DNA of 64,000 nucleotides from an uncultured virus (IMG/VR IMGVR_UViG_3300028833_006000) (IMGVR_UViG_3300028833_006000), one strand, 5' to 3'; numbered from the stretch's first letter, positions 10,067 through 19,353 are shown. Notes: generated by a model from the sequence alone, not told the origin. Program-made: numbers and translations.

Positions 10067-10744
10067 ATGGCAGAATTCCATCAATTCTATAAAGATGTGA
10101 ACACCACATCAAGGCAGGCAATGATTGATTTCCTTAAATCACATTTCCGTTACAATCTTCTGAACTCTTGGAACCAGACGACCTCATATGCCAACAACAT
10201 CAAGATCACGCATCTTAATGTGTCCAAAGAAATTGCAGACAAGCTTTTTGCTCTGCTCAGCGTAGAGGAGGCATATGAAGTTGGACATGATGTGCTGTTA
10301 AACTTCATGTACGAGCATGATGGATATTATCAGATCGGTTCCAATGGCCGCTCCGGTGGATACCTTGTGTTATATACCGGTCAGAAGAAAGCATCAGATT
10401 ACAAGTCCTATTGCACAGCCTGTGGACAGCGCAATTATCAACTTGTGACTGATGATAACTGTAAATGTGGACGATGCGGAAAAGACGCTCGCGTCAATTA
10501 TGCAAAGCCCATTTACGAATACACAGTTTCTTTTCACGATATCGATCAGGATGCCGATTTTGAAGAATGGTCAGACGATGAACTCAAAAGCCGTGTAGCA
10601 TTGGTTCAGTCATTTGACAAGGCTTGTGACGAATATATTGCATCAATGATCAATCTTGCTACAAACTATGATATAGTAGAAGAGACTGTTTATGTTCCAC
10701 AGAAGAGAGCTGTGTTGGTCTCAAGAAATCAGGAGGAAAAATAA
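10067..10744 (+). CDS. hypothetical protein with Zn finger
   Basis: HFRY...NSWN..TSYANNIK, NGRSGGYLVLY, CTACG...CGRCG. Confidence 0.75.
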   Translation: MAEFHQFYKDVNTTSRQAMIDFLKSHFRYNLLNSWNQTTSYANNIKITHLNVSKEIADKLFALLSVEEAYEVGHDVLLNFMYEHDGYYQIGSNGRSGGYLVLYTGQKKASDYKSYCTACGQRNYQLVTDDNCKCGRCGKDARVNYAKPIYEYTVSFHDIDQDADFEEWSDDELKSRVALVQSFDKACDEYIASMINLATNYDIVEETVYVPQKRAVLVSRNQEEK

Positions 10745-11439
10745 TGAAGTTAAAGACCGTAAAACCCACAATCAAGGTACAGAAAGACACCACCAAAAAT
10801 CCCATCAGCCTTATCGGTTATGAGGCAGGCGTCTGCTGGGGTGCAAACGTAAAAGATGCACAGAAAAACTATGACAGAGGTATGGACTGTATCACGGCTA
10901 ATCATGGTCGTACACTTGAGTTTCCTCAGGTCTATCTGACCATCGACGGATACTCTGCCCGTGTCATCCGTGAACTCTATACACACATCGCAGGCGGTCC
11001 CACAAGACTCCAGGCATCAACCCGTTATATCAATTATGAGAAAGGGTTCGATTACATTGTGCCGCCAAAGATCGCTGCAGACAAAAAGGCTCTTGCCGAA
11101 TACGTGCAGATGATGGCTGACACCCAGGCACATTTGCAGAAACTCGAAGAAATGGGTATGCCCCGTGAAGATTCTGCACTTGGCTTGCCTCTCGGCATGA
11201 CAACAAAGATTGTACTCCGTACCAATCTTCGCAATCTCATCGACATGTCGCACCAGAGAATGTGTTCCCGCGCATATTGGGAATTCCGTAATCTGATGAA
11301 TGACATGATCAAAGCCCTTGCTGCTTATTCGCCTGAATGGGCAACAATCACAAGTACCTGCTTTATGCCTAAGTGTGAACTCTTCGGATACTGCTCCGAG
11401 AAGAACAGCTGCGGCAGAAAGCCCAAGAAAGAGCAGTAG
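10744..11439 (+). CDS. thyX: FAD-dependent thymidylate synthase
   Basis: H..TLEF, RELYTH.....RLQASTRY (variant ThyX motif), LP.G..T......NLRNL....QR.C.RAYWE.R. Confidence 0.9.
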   Translation: MKLKTVKPTIKVQKDTTKNPISLIGYEAGVCWGANVKDAQKNYDRGMDCITANHGRTLEFPQVYLTIDGYSARVIRELYTHIAGGPTRLQASTRYINYEKGFDYIVPPKIAADKKALAEYVQMMADTQAHLQKLEEMGMPREDSALGLPLGMTTKIVLRTNLRNLIDMSHQRMCSRAYWEFRNLMNDMIKALAAYSPEWATITSTCFMPKCELFGYCSEKNSCGRKPKKEQ

Positions 11440-11539
11440 CATTCTGCTCACAAGATAAGAAAGACCAGAAAGAGAGTGTTATATCAATATCCTATGTATA
11501 GGTATGACGCTCTTTTTCTGTTGTGACGAGGTGACACCT

Positions 11540-11731
11540 ATGGCACATGTCAGCAGACAATATTTGCGAGAAAAATGGAAACGTGCAAAGAACGACATTG
11601 AATGCGTTCTCGATATTGAAAATGAAGAACTGCCGGATGGCATTCCTAAATCAGATGTCGCACGCTGCATTGCCAATGTCGAAGAGCAATTCCATGCTAT
11701 TTTGACAGAACTGAGAAAATATGAATATTAA
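11540..11731 (+). CDS. hypothetical protein
   Basis: GAGGTG RBS, ATG at 11540. Confidence 0.6.
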   Translation: MAHVSRQYLREKWKRAKNDIECVLDIENEELPDGIPKSDVARCIANVEEQFHAILTELRKYEY

Positions 11732-11748
11732 ACACAGGAGAACAAAGA

Positions 11749-11937
11749 ATGAGTGATTACAAAAAGATTGCAAAAAACATCCGTACCGTTGGCGAACTGA
11801 TGGATGTCCTCTCTACACTTGACAAAAACAATGATATTTCTCTCTCCGGTGTAGAAGGATTTGCAATTGCGCAAAATACCCAAGGTCACGTACTTATGGA
11901 TGAACCGAACTACATTGACGAACTCTGTGAGGAATGA
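11749..11937 (+). CDS. hypothetical protein
   Basis: AGGAG RBS. Confidence 0.6.
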   Translation: MSDYKKIAKNIRTVGELMDVLSTLDKNNDISLSGVEGFAIAQNTQGHVLMDEPNYIDELCEE

Positions 11938-11961
11938 CAACCGGAAATGAGGTGAACAAGC

Positions 11962-12330
11962 ATGAGTGAATTTCATGTTGATAACAGTGATGAAGGCGAA
12001 CACGCAAGCGAAGGATACGACTGGGATTACGAATTAGCAGACTTGTCCTCAGATGAAAAAGATAAATATAATGATGATTTCAAAGATTATATCCAAGAGC
12101 AAAAGCGTCTTCGCAAAGAACGACTGGCATATCAAGTTGGCAAATACATCATCACTGCTGATAAAAACGGAAAAACACTGTATCTGCAAGATCCACACAT
12201 TTCCAATCGTGGTTATTGGACACAGTTCCGAGCCAATGCCAGAGTGTTCCATACCAAATCTGAAGCAGACAAGGTAAACAGTCGTTTCAAATTAGGCAAT
12301 CCACAGGTCATCTTGGTGACAGGAAATTGA
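11962..12330 (+). CDS. hypothetical protein
   Basis: GAGGTG RBS. Confidence 0.65.
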   Translation: MSEFHVDNSDEGEHASEGYDWDYELADLSSDEKDKYNDDFKDYIQEQKRLRKERLAYQVGKYIITADKNGKTLYLQDPHISNRGYWTQFRANARVFHTKSEADKVNSRFKLGNPQVILVTGN

Positions 12331-12378
12331 AACGATTTCCACGGAACTTGAAAAATATGAGTATTGAGGAGAATCATC

Positions 12379-12762
12379 ATGCAGAAGACGAAACCTATCA
12401 CACCGGCAAATATGAGAAAACTTGCTATCAAGTTAATCGATTATCTTGCCAAGAAATCATACTGGTATGAAATGGGTATCTATGTGGATAACGAGCGCTG
12501 GTCATCAGAGCCGTCCGATGGTACAGAAGAGATGACGACAGACGCAGGAAACAAATACTATGTCAAGAAAGATGTAGATATCAAGTCATGTCTTGAATAC
12601 AGCAACCCGAAAACCATCAGTATGTACTTTGAAGGACCGCTGTATCACTGCATCAACTACAATGACTATGATTTCTTGACCAAGTTAGACAAAACCTTGC
12701 TCGCACCATATGGCTTGTATTTTGAACAGGGTTATGCATGGAGCGCAGCTGCCTATGAATAA
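12379..12762 (+). CDS. hypothetical protein
   Basis: GAGGAG RBS. Confidence 0.7.
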   Translation: MQKTKPITPANMRKLAIKLIDYLAKKSYWYEMGIYVDNERWSSEPSDGTEEMTTDAGNKYYVKKDVDIKSCLEYSNPKTISMYFEGPLYHCINYNDYDFLTKLDKTLLAPYGLYFEQGYAWSAAAYE

Positions 12763-13000
12763 GACAGAAAGATACTACGTCGCCGCTTATTTTGATGAAA
12801 GCAAACGAGGCTTGGATGACAATCTTGCTACGAATGACTTCGAAGAAGCTATTTCTTTTGCACACGATTGTATCTGCCGTGGAACGTTTGTCGAAATCAA
12901 AAATCAGATCACCGGCGACAGTAAAACATACACACCTGACGAATGGTTAGAGTGCATTGATATCGGCGATGCACCCGCATCGGTCAGGGAACTGGTATAA
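12755..13000 (+). CDS. hypothetical protein
   Basis: Overlaps the upstream stop by 8 nt; GGAG upstream. Confidence 0.6.
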   Translation: MNKTERYYVAAYFDESKRGLDDNLATNDFEEAISFAHDCICRGTFVEIKNQITGDSKTYTPDEWLECIDIGDAPASVRELV

Positions 13001-13017
13001 ACCGGAAGGAGACAAAT

Positions 13018-14364
13018 ATGACATCTATTGAGCCTCTTGCGTCCAGAATGCGACCGACGACACTTGATGATGTCATCGGACAACAACACATTCTCGGACC
13101 GGATAAAATGCTTCGATATCTGATAGAAGCAGATATGCTATCGTCAATTATTTTGTACGGCCCTCCGGGAACAGGAAAAACAACGATAGCCAATGTCATC
13201 GCACACACAACACAGTCGCATTTCAAAAGCGTCAATGCGACCACTTCCGGAAAAAAGGACATACAGGAAGTAATTGATTTTGCACAAAAAGAACTGGAAA
13301 ATAACGCAAAGAAGACAATCCTGTTCATAGACGAAATCCATCGCTTCAACAAGGCACAGCAGGATTATCTGTTGCCATATGTCGAAAATGGGACAGTCAT
13401 ACTTGTGGGCGCGACAACCGAAAACCCTTACTTTGAAGTAAATGGCGCTTTATTATCCAGATCCAATATCTTCGAAGTGAATCCGTTGTCGTCAGAGGAC
13501 ATTGTATCTGCCTTACACAGAATCATAGACAAACTGAATAAAGAAACCCCGACAATCATCTATAATGCCGATGAAGATGCTCTGCAGTTCTTCGCTGATG
13601 CCGCAAACGGCGACGCACGAAATGCAATCAACGGATTAGACCTTGCAATCAGGGTAACACCGGCATTCGGAGCTGCCAATGGTTCAGCGTCCCAAATAAA
13701 TATCACAAAAGATATTGCCATGAACTGTATTCAAAAGAAAATCGTACAGTATGACAAGGATGGAGATAATCACTATGACACCATCTCGGCATTCATTGAA
13801 TCAATGAAACACAGTGAAGTGGATGCTGCGCTATACTATCTGGCAAGGATGATCGACAGAGGTGAAGATCCAAAATACATCGCAAGACGACTCATGGTCT
13901 GTGCATCCATGGACATCGGACTCGCTGATCCAAACGCCTTGAACTTGGCAGCCAGCACATTCCAAACGGTAGAAAAAGTCGGGCTTCCCGAATGTGTATG
14001 GGCATTAGCATTATCGACTGTGTATAACTGCGTTGCTCCAAAAACACATTCTGTTGCAGACGCCTATGAACAGGCGATGGAAGATGTGCAGAATATTCCG
14101 AATGTGGAGATTCCGTACTTCCTCAAAGATGAATCTTATAAATCAGCACATAAACTTGGACATGGTGGTATCACTGACGTATTTGCCGCTCCATTTCACT
14201 ACGATGGCAGTGATTGCATGCCAACGGCGCTTACCGGTCACAAATATTTCCATCCGACGAATTTCGGATATGAAGAGACAGTAAGCAAAGTCATGACGTG
14301 GTACGATGATTACAAAAAGACGCATCCATGCCCTGACTATTATCCGAAAGGAGAAACGCAATAA
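13018..14364 (+). CDS. rarA: Replication-associated recombination protein A (RarA/MgsA), divergent copy
   Basis: PLASRMRP, GPPGTGKTT, FIDEIHRFNKAQQD, GATTENPYF, YDKDGDNHYDTISAF. Confidence 0.93.
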   Translation: MTSIEPLASRMRPTTLDDVIGQQHILGPDKMLRYLIEADMLSSIILYGPPGTGKTTIANVIAHTTQSHFKSVNATTSGKKDIQEVIDFAQKELENNAKKTILFIDEIHRFNKAQQDYLLPYVENGTVILVGATTENPYFEVNGALLSRSNIFEVNPLSSEDIVSALHRIIDKLNKETPTIIYNADEDALQFFADAANGDARNAINGLDLAIRVTPAFGAANGSASQINITKDIAMNCIQKKIVQYDKDGDNHYDTISAFIESMKHSEVDAALYYLARMIDRGEDPKYIARRLMVCASMDIGLADPNALNLAASTFQTVEKVGLPECVWALALSTVYNCVAPKTHSVADAYEQAMEDVQNIPNVEIPYFLKDESYKSAHKLGHGGITDVFAAPFHYDGSDCMPTALTGHKYFHPTNFGYEETVSKVMTWYDDYKKTHPCPDYYPKGETQ

Positions 14365-14365
14365 A

Positions 14366-14824
14366 ATGAAAAGCCACACATTACAGCAAACGCAGGTTCT
14401 TTCATTTATAAACAACTTTTGTTCTGATGCTGGACAGAGAATATCCACATGTGATCCCAGGGATGTAATAGACGGTATTTCTTCTTTTTATCGTGCAGGC
14501 TGGTGCTATTACTTTGCAACTATTCTAAAGACTGCTTTTGGCAGAGGAAAAGTGTGCTGGATGGCCCCATTTTCACATGTAGCATGGGAAGACACGGATG
14601 GGACTGTTTATGATATTGAAGGAATATACGCAGGAGAGGCTTTTTATGCAATTCCTGAAGAGTACTGCGGATTGCATATGCTTAGTTTTCTGCATTCTCC
14701 GGCATATCCCGAAAAAAATCATTACAGTTCAAAAGATGAGCTTATCAATATTGTTAAGTCTTACTGCGAAATAAGTGGTGAGACTTATGATGACAAGATT
14801 GAGAATTGGTTCAAGGAAGAATAA
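14366..14824 (+). CDS. hypothetical protein
   Basis: AAAGGAG RBS; F.AG.CYYFA.IL...F...H......YDIEG pattern. Confidence 0.7.
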   Translation: MKSHTLQQTQVLSFINNFCSDAGQRISTCDPRDVIDGISSFYRAGWCYYFATILKTAFGRGKVCWMAPFSHVAWEDTDGTVYDIEGIYAGEAFYAIPEEYCGLHMLSFLHSPAYPEKNHYSSKDELINIVKSYCEISGETYDDKIENWFKEE

Positions 14825-14871
14825 CATTGTCACATATTCTTCAAAAATAAACTAAAAAGGAGATATATATC

Positions 14872-15528
14872 ATGGATTGGTATTCTTTTAATGAACGTGA
14901 GAAAGAAGAAGACTATTATGTCAAGCTCTCGAATTTCATTGATTCGGAATACGAGAAGACAACCTGCTATCCGGCAAGAGATAAGATATTAAATGCTCTT
15001 AATCTCACGCCGTATGACCAGACGAAGGTTGTCATTCTTGGACAGGATCCTTATCACGGTGAAGGACAGGCTATGGGGTTGTCTTTCGCTGTTCCTGAAG
15101 GTATCAAATTGCCTCCATCACTTCGCAATATATACAAAGAACTGCAGATCGAATTCGGATACCCGATTCCTGAATCGGGTGATTTAACACCATGGGCTTT
15201 GCAGGGCGTTCTTTTATTGAACTCTGTGTTAACTGTACGTGCACATGATCCCGCATCACATGCAGGGCGTGGTTGGGAAACCTACACTGATCGTATTCTG
15301 CAGGAACTCAACGAAAAGACAACTCCTGTGGTTTTCATCTTGTGGGGACGATATGCTCGTGATAAGAAACATCTCATCACAAATCCGAAACATCTCGTTC
15401 TGGAAGCACCCCACCCATCACCATATTCCGCAGGTAACGGTTTCTTCGGCTGTGGTCATTTCAAAACATGCAATGATTACTTGATCCAGCATGGCATGGA
15501 ACCTATCAACTGGAAAATCGGAGGATAA
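14872..15528 (+). CDS. ung: Uracil-DNA glycosylase (family 1)
   Basis: GQDPYH, GLSF, PPSLRNI, GVLLLN, HPSPYS motifs. Confidence 0.97.
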   Translation: MDWYSFNEREKEEDYYVKLSNFIDSEYEKTTCYPARDKILNALNLTPYDQTKVVILGQDPYHGEGQAMGLSFAVPEGIKLPPSLRNIYKELQIEFGYPIPESGDLTPWALQGVLLLNSVLTVRAHDPASHAGRGWETYTDRILQELNEKTTPVVFILWGRYARDKKHLITNPKHLVLEAPHPSPYSAGNGFFGCGHFKTCNDYLIQHGMEPINWKIGG

Positions 15529-15932
15529 TGTATATGGGAAATAAAAACACCTGCATCTTATGTTATGAAGATGTTGCAACAGGTGTCGCCGGTTGGACGT
15601 GCATCGACAAAACGGAACTGGATGCATGGAAGTTGGATAATCCAACTCTTGCGCCGAGAAACCTTTTCAACCTAAAAAGCGATATCCTGGCCCGCAATGA
15701 TACACTGCGAAGCAACTTCTACGACCTTTACGCAGCTTATGACCTCTCGCCTGACAGCCTTGATAAGACATATCTGTCACCCGAAGGTCACACTGTTGTT
15801 GTCAAGGGTATTGCTCCGGCAAACCGCAAGTATCCAATCATCGTAGAAGATACCACCAATAATCGCAGATATAAAGTATCGCGATCCTACTTTAGCAAAT
15901 ATCTTGCCAAAGCAGATGATGCGACATCATAG
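15528..15932 (+). CDS. hypothetical protein
   Basis: Translationally coupled to ung (TAATG). Confidence 0.7.
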   Translation: MYMGNKNTCILCYEDVATGVAGWTCIDKTELDAWKLDNPTLAPRNLFNLKSDILARNDTLRSNFYDLYAAYDLSPDSLDKTYLSPEGHTVVVKGIAPANRKYPIIVEDTTNNRRYKVSRSYFSKYLAKADDATS

Positions 15933-15944
15933 AAAGGATAAAAG

Positions 15945-16241
15945 ATGGCTAAACAATCAGAAAAAAGAAAATGGATCATAGCCTTGTCAGGTAGTGAATG
16001 GGACGATGTCGCTGTATACTCATTCGAGGGCACAACCTACCAGGCTAAGAGAGTATTAGCTAACATTGTCAAAGAAGATAAAAAGGAAAACAACTTTGAC
16101 TACGGTTCTGAAAAAATATCTGAAATCAAGGAACGTCAGGACGGTAGTTTGTATGCAGGCTCCACTTTCAGCGACTGTCACACTGACTACACGGCTACAC
16201 CGGTTGACCAAATCGAAGACATCAAAGCCTTCATGAACTGA
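15945..16241 (+). CDS. hypothetical protein immediately upstream of the RT
   Basis: AGAAAGGA RBS; 98 aa. Confidence 0.7.
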   Translation: MAKQSEKRKWIIALSGSEWDDVAVYSFEGTTYQAKRVLANIVKEDKKENNFDYGSEKISEIKERQDGSLYAGSTFSDCHTDYTATPVDQIEDIKAFMN

Positions 16242-16258
16242 CAAACAGGAGAAAAACA

Positions 16259-17515
16259 ATGGATAAGTTATTAGACAAGGTTTTTGAGACGCAAAGATGG
16301 ACTGATGCGCTGCGTACAGGTCAGGAAAAAGGCATCGACCGATCCATACTCAAGCAGTTATGTCGTAAATCAGAGCGTGACAAACTAAAGGCGCAAATCC
16401 TGAATGATGATTATGAGATAGCACCGCCGCATGAAGCGCAAATTCCCAAGGATAATAACGAATTTCGTACAGTTTACGTAAATACGGGCATTGACAGAGT
16501 ACTGCTTGCCATCATCAACGATGTCATATTTGAGATGTGTCATGATATGGTGCATCCGACCTGCAAAAGTTATCAGAAAGGATTGAGCTGCGGAAAAACC
16601 GTGCAGCAGATCAGTAAGAGAATAGCCTGCATGCAAACGGACATCATCGGTACCAAAATCGACCTCACAAAATACTTCGATTCAGTTCCTATCCGGTACA
16701 TTGATGCTGTCTTTGATAAAATCACTGACAGGATAGGTGAGTCACATATTCTCACGATGCTGCGAAAATATTACCACATGGATATCGTGCTTGATATGAA
16801 AAAGCAGCCTATCGAGAAATACTCATCGTTGCGACAGGGTTGTGCATTTGCCGCATTTCTTGCCGACGCAAGTCTGTTTGATATAGACGAATGTATCAGC
16901 AAAATGAACGTGGACTATGTCAGATATTCAGACGACATACTCATCATCGGCGAAGAATGGGAAAGTGCTTATGCTTTGTTAAAGGATAAGCTTGGACAGA
17001 TGGAGCTTACGTTAAATCCGAAAAAAGTAGAAATACTCCATAAAAACATATGGTTCAAATTTCTCGGATTTGAGCTCAAAAATGATATGATCACTCTGTC
17101 AAGCAAACGTATCAAGACATTCCAGCACGATATTGAAGAATGTACAATACGTTCACATTTCACCGACCCGGAAGAAATAATACGGTGTGTTAACCGTAAA
17201 TTGTATATGGGACCCGACGGTTACTGTTGGGGAACAAGTGTACTTCCTGTCATCAATTCTGATAAAGACATACAAACAATGAACTGCTTCATTATGGACG
17301 CTATCAGGGCAGCCATGACAGGAAAAACCAACATCGGTGGACTTGGATGTGCGAAAACGCAGGAAAATGGACTTATTCTGCGTGCTAAAGGTCGCAATGT
17401 TAAACACAATAAAGAAAAAATTCCAACTTTAAGCAACTATACCACACTCAAATGTATGCAAAATGCCATTAGGGCATCCAAACAGGCATTTGACTTATTA
17501 GTCGCTACAATGTGA
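16259..17515 (+). CDS. Reverse transcriptase (stand-alone; not group II intron, DGR or canonical retron type)
   Basis: IPKDNNEFRTV, SYQKG, KIDLTKYFDSV, LRQGCAFAAFLAD, YVRYSDDIL, LNPKK, FKFLGF; AGGAG RBS. Confidence 0.93.
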   Translation: MDKLLDKVFETQRWTDALRTGQEKGIDRSILKQLCRKSERDKLKAQILNDDYEIAPPHEAQIPKDNNEFRTVYVNTGIDRVLLAIINDVIFEMCHDMVHPTCKSYQKGLSCGKTVQQISKRIACMQTDIIGTKIDLTKYFDSVPIRYIDAVFDKITDRIGESHILTMLRKYYHMDIVLDMKKQPIEKYSSLRQGCAFAAFLADASLFDIDECISKMNVDYVRYSDDILIIGEEWESAYALLKDKLGQMELTLNPKKVEILHKNIWFKFLGFELKNDMITLSSKRIKTFQHDIEECTIRSHFTDPEEIIRCVNRKLYMGPDGYCWGTSVLPVINSDKDIQTMNCFIMDAIRAAMTGKTNIGGLGCAKTQENGLILRAKGRNVKHNKEKIPTLSNYTTLKCMQNAIRASKQAFDLLVATM

Positions 17516-18386
17516 TTGTCACAAGTCATAACCATAGATAGTATAGTCTGATATTGTGAACAACATAACCCGCATATATACATTCTGCGCTTTATGAGGA
17601 TAATTTCTAAAGTGTGGATGATGTGTATATTCGTATGCTCGAATGTATATATGCTGAATAAGCTTATCAGGATACTGCAGCGTCCCACAGGATGACCTGT
17701 TGGACAGGGACTCCCGTGGATGGTCAATCCGGATACCAGTCAAGACTCTGAAGTGCCAGCTGGCGGAAGCAGATGAATGGGCACGGTGAGATTCTGCCTC
17801 AAGCCGGATGAGAATGATCAACTCCCCGCACGCTGTTGCGATGGAAGGTGAGATGAGTCAGTGCGGCTCGGGCTATCGAGTACAGGCTGATGGAGATGAG
17901 GATGATGCTGTCGGCGATTGGATTGGATCCAGCCGTCGTTCAATCAGAACCAAGGATGGAACTCCGATTGAAATCAGAAGCCAGGCAAAGACATCTGGGT
18001 CGCAGGGTGAGGTGAGCAGAGGAGAGCTGAGAGGACCTCCTCAACCAAGCTCCGCAGAACCTGCAAATCCACCTGCATATCTACCTTCTGGTTCGGAAAG
18101 AAAGAAAGAAGAACTCGAATGGAAGAAGAACTTCGCATCCTGGAATTCGAACTTCTACTGCAGTAACCGAAGAAGATCTTAATCTCTGAAGACCAGGTAG
18201 AAGCCATGCAAATGATGCTGGAGAAATCCTGAATGAGATATGTAGATCTTAAGATAAGCTTTTAGAAATCTGAGCATCTACTCGTATCAAACATCTTCGA
18301 TGTTCTGCTACTTGTAGAATGCATATATCACACATTTATAGTAATATACTATATGTTGTATCAATATCTATGATTAGATAATCACA
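17511..18386 (+). ncRNA. RT-associated large structured non-coding RNA candidate (about 875 nt)
   Basis: Nested long-range complementarity between the 5' and 3' flanks, many internal hairpins, no credible ORF; lies between the RT stop and the next RBS. Confidence 0.7.
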
Positions 18387-18401
18387 AAGGCAGAAAGGGA
18401 T

Positions 18402-19337
18402 ATGCTCATGGTCGATTTTACAACAAGGACTTTGAAGAATCAGGATTCTGTTCTAATCGATCATGGGTCAGCCCGATCGAATTACAAAATTCCAGAAACC
18501 ATCATCACCTGGAATATGTTAGAAAGACTATATACCGTATATGAAACATCTGTTCCTGATAAAAACAGACCGGCATTGTGTACTGCAAAAACAGAATCAG
18601 ATCTGACAATGGCTGACATCATCTTCGGCGCAAAACGATCTAAAGCTCAGGAAGATTTCGAACAGGCCATACTTATCGGTATATTGAACGGTTCGCTTCG
18701 TTATCCTGATAATACAAAATGGTTTTGGCAATCGTCTAAATACAGAAACATGATCATCCCAAAATGGATTTTCGAATCATGCGATAAAACAGTTCATCAT
18801 GCGCGAAACTCCGTTCAAGAAAATGAACTTTGGGATCGAAATCTGGTTGCAAGACGATTAAGACAGATACTGAACACAGATCCGGAAGCCAATATTCCAT
18901 GGAATTCCGATTTCAAAACATGTCTCCTGACCATCAGGGAAGAACTGGCAGAAAAAACGAATATACGATATTTCACAGATGAAATCATAGACGAATTGCT
19001 TCATGCATATATGACTCATCTGCCGAAAAAGTATATCCAGGAAAAAGCCAGAATAGGACAATACATCGCCGCTCTCAAAAAGGCAAAAATGGCATACAAA
19101 AAAGTCAAAGCCATAGACGATATTTTAGCCAATTGCCCTATGTATGCGTATGAATATCAGAATAAAAAATGGATCACAGCCTACGGACATTTCGTGAATC
19201 ATAAGACGATTGCGTTCATATCAGAGTTTATACCTGATGTAAGCATGCCTGATTTTTCCGAGAATACAGACAGGAACGTCGAACAATACGTTCTTTTGAA
19301 TAAAAACGCAATCTGTAAATATGCAGAAATTCATTAG
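18402..19337 (+). CDS. Putative RT-system accessory protein
   Basis: AGAAAGGG RBS directly after the ncRNA closing stem; LERLY..Y..SVP, KWFWQS and KKWITAY motifs. Confidence 0.7.
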   Translation: MLMVDFTTRTLKNQDSVLIDHGSARSNYKIPETIITWNMLERLYTVYETSVPDKNRPALCTAKTESDLTMADIIFGAKRSKAQEDFEQAILIGILNGSLRYPDNTKWFWQSSKYRNMIIPKWIFESCDKTVHHARNSVQENELWDRNLVARRLRQILNTDPEANIPWNSDFKTCLLTIREELAEKTNIRYFTDEIIDELLHAYMTHLPKKYIQEKARIGQYIAALKKAKMAYKKVKAIDDILANCPMYAYEYQNKKWITAYGHFVNHKTIAFISEFIPDVSMPDFSENTDRNVEQYVLLNKNAICKYAEIH

Positions 19338-19353
19338 CAAAGGAGGAAACAAG

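Noticed and set aside
16259..17515. Canonical retron
   Set aside because: No upstream msr-msd space and no VTG or NAxxH motifs; the associated RNA is downstream and far larger.
17808..18182. 124-aa ORF inside the RT-downstream region
   Set aside because: No RBS and an atypical S/G/E-rich composition, best explained by structured purine-rich RNA; not fully excluded.
16259..18386. Group II intron
   Set aside because: Only 17 bp separate the upstream gene from the RT, leaving no room for domains I-III; no recognisable domain V/VI downstream; no HNH domain; no interrupted host gene seen.
15945..18386. Diversity-generating retroelement
   Set aside because: No TR/VR pair differing at adenines was found by eye, the RT lacks the DGR-type G..SQ motif, and the upstream ORF does not look like Avd. 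A target outside the window cannot be excluded.
17511..18386. CRISPR array or regular repeat-spacer array next to the RT
   Set aside because: No regularly spaced direct repeats of 20 nt or more, only short 7-9-nt duplications; no cas genes in the window.
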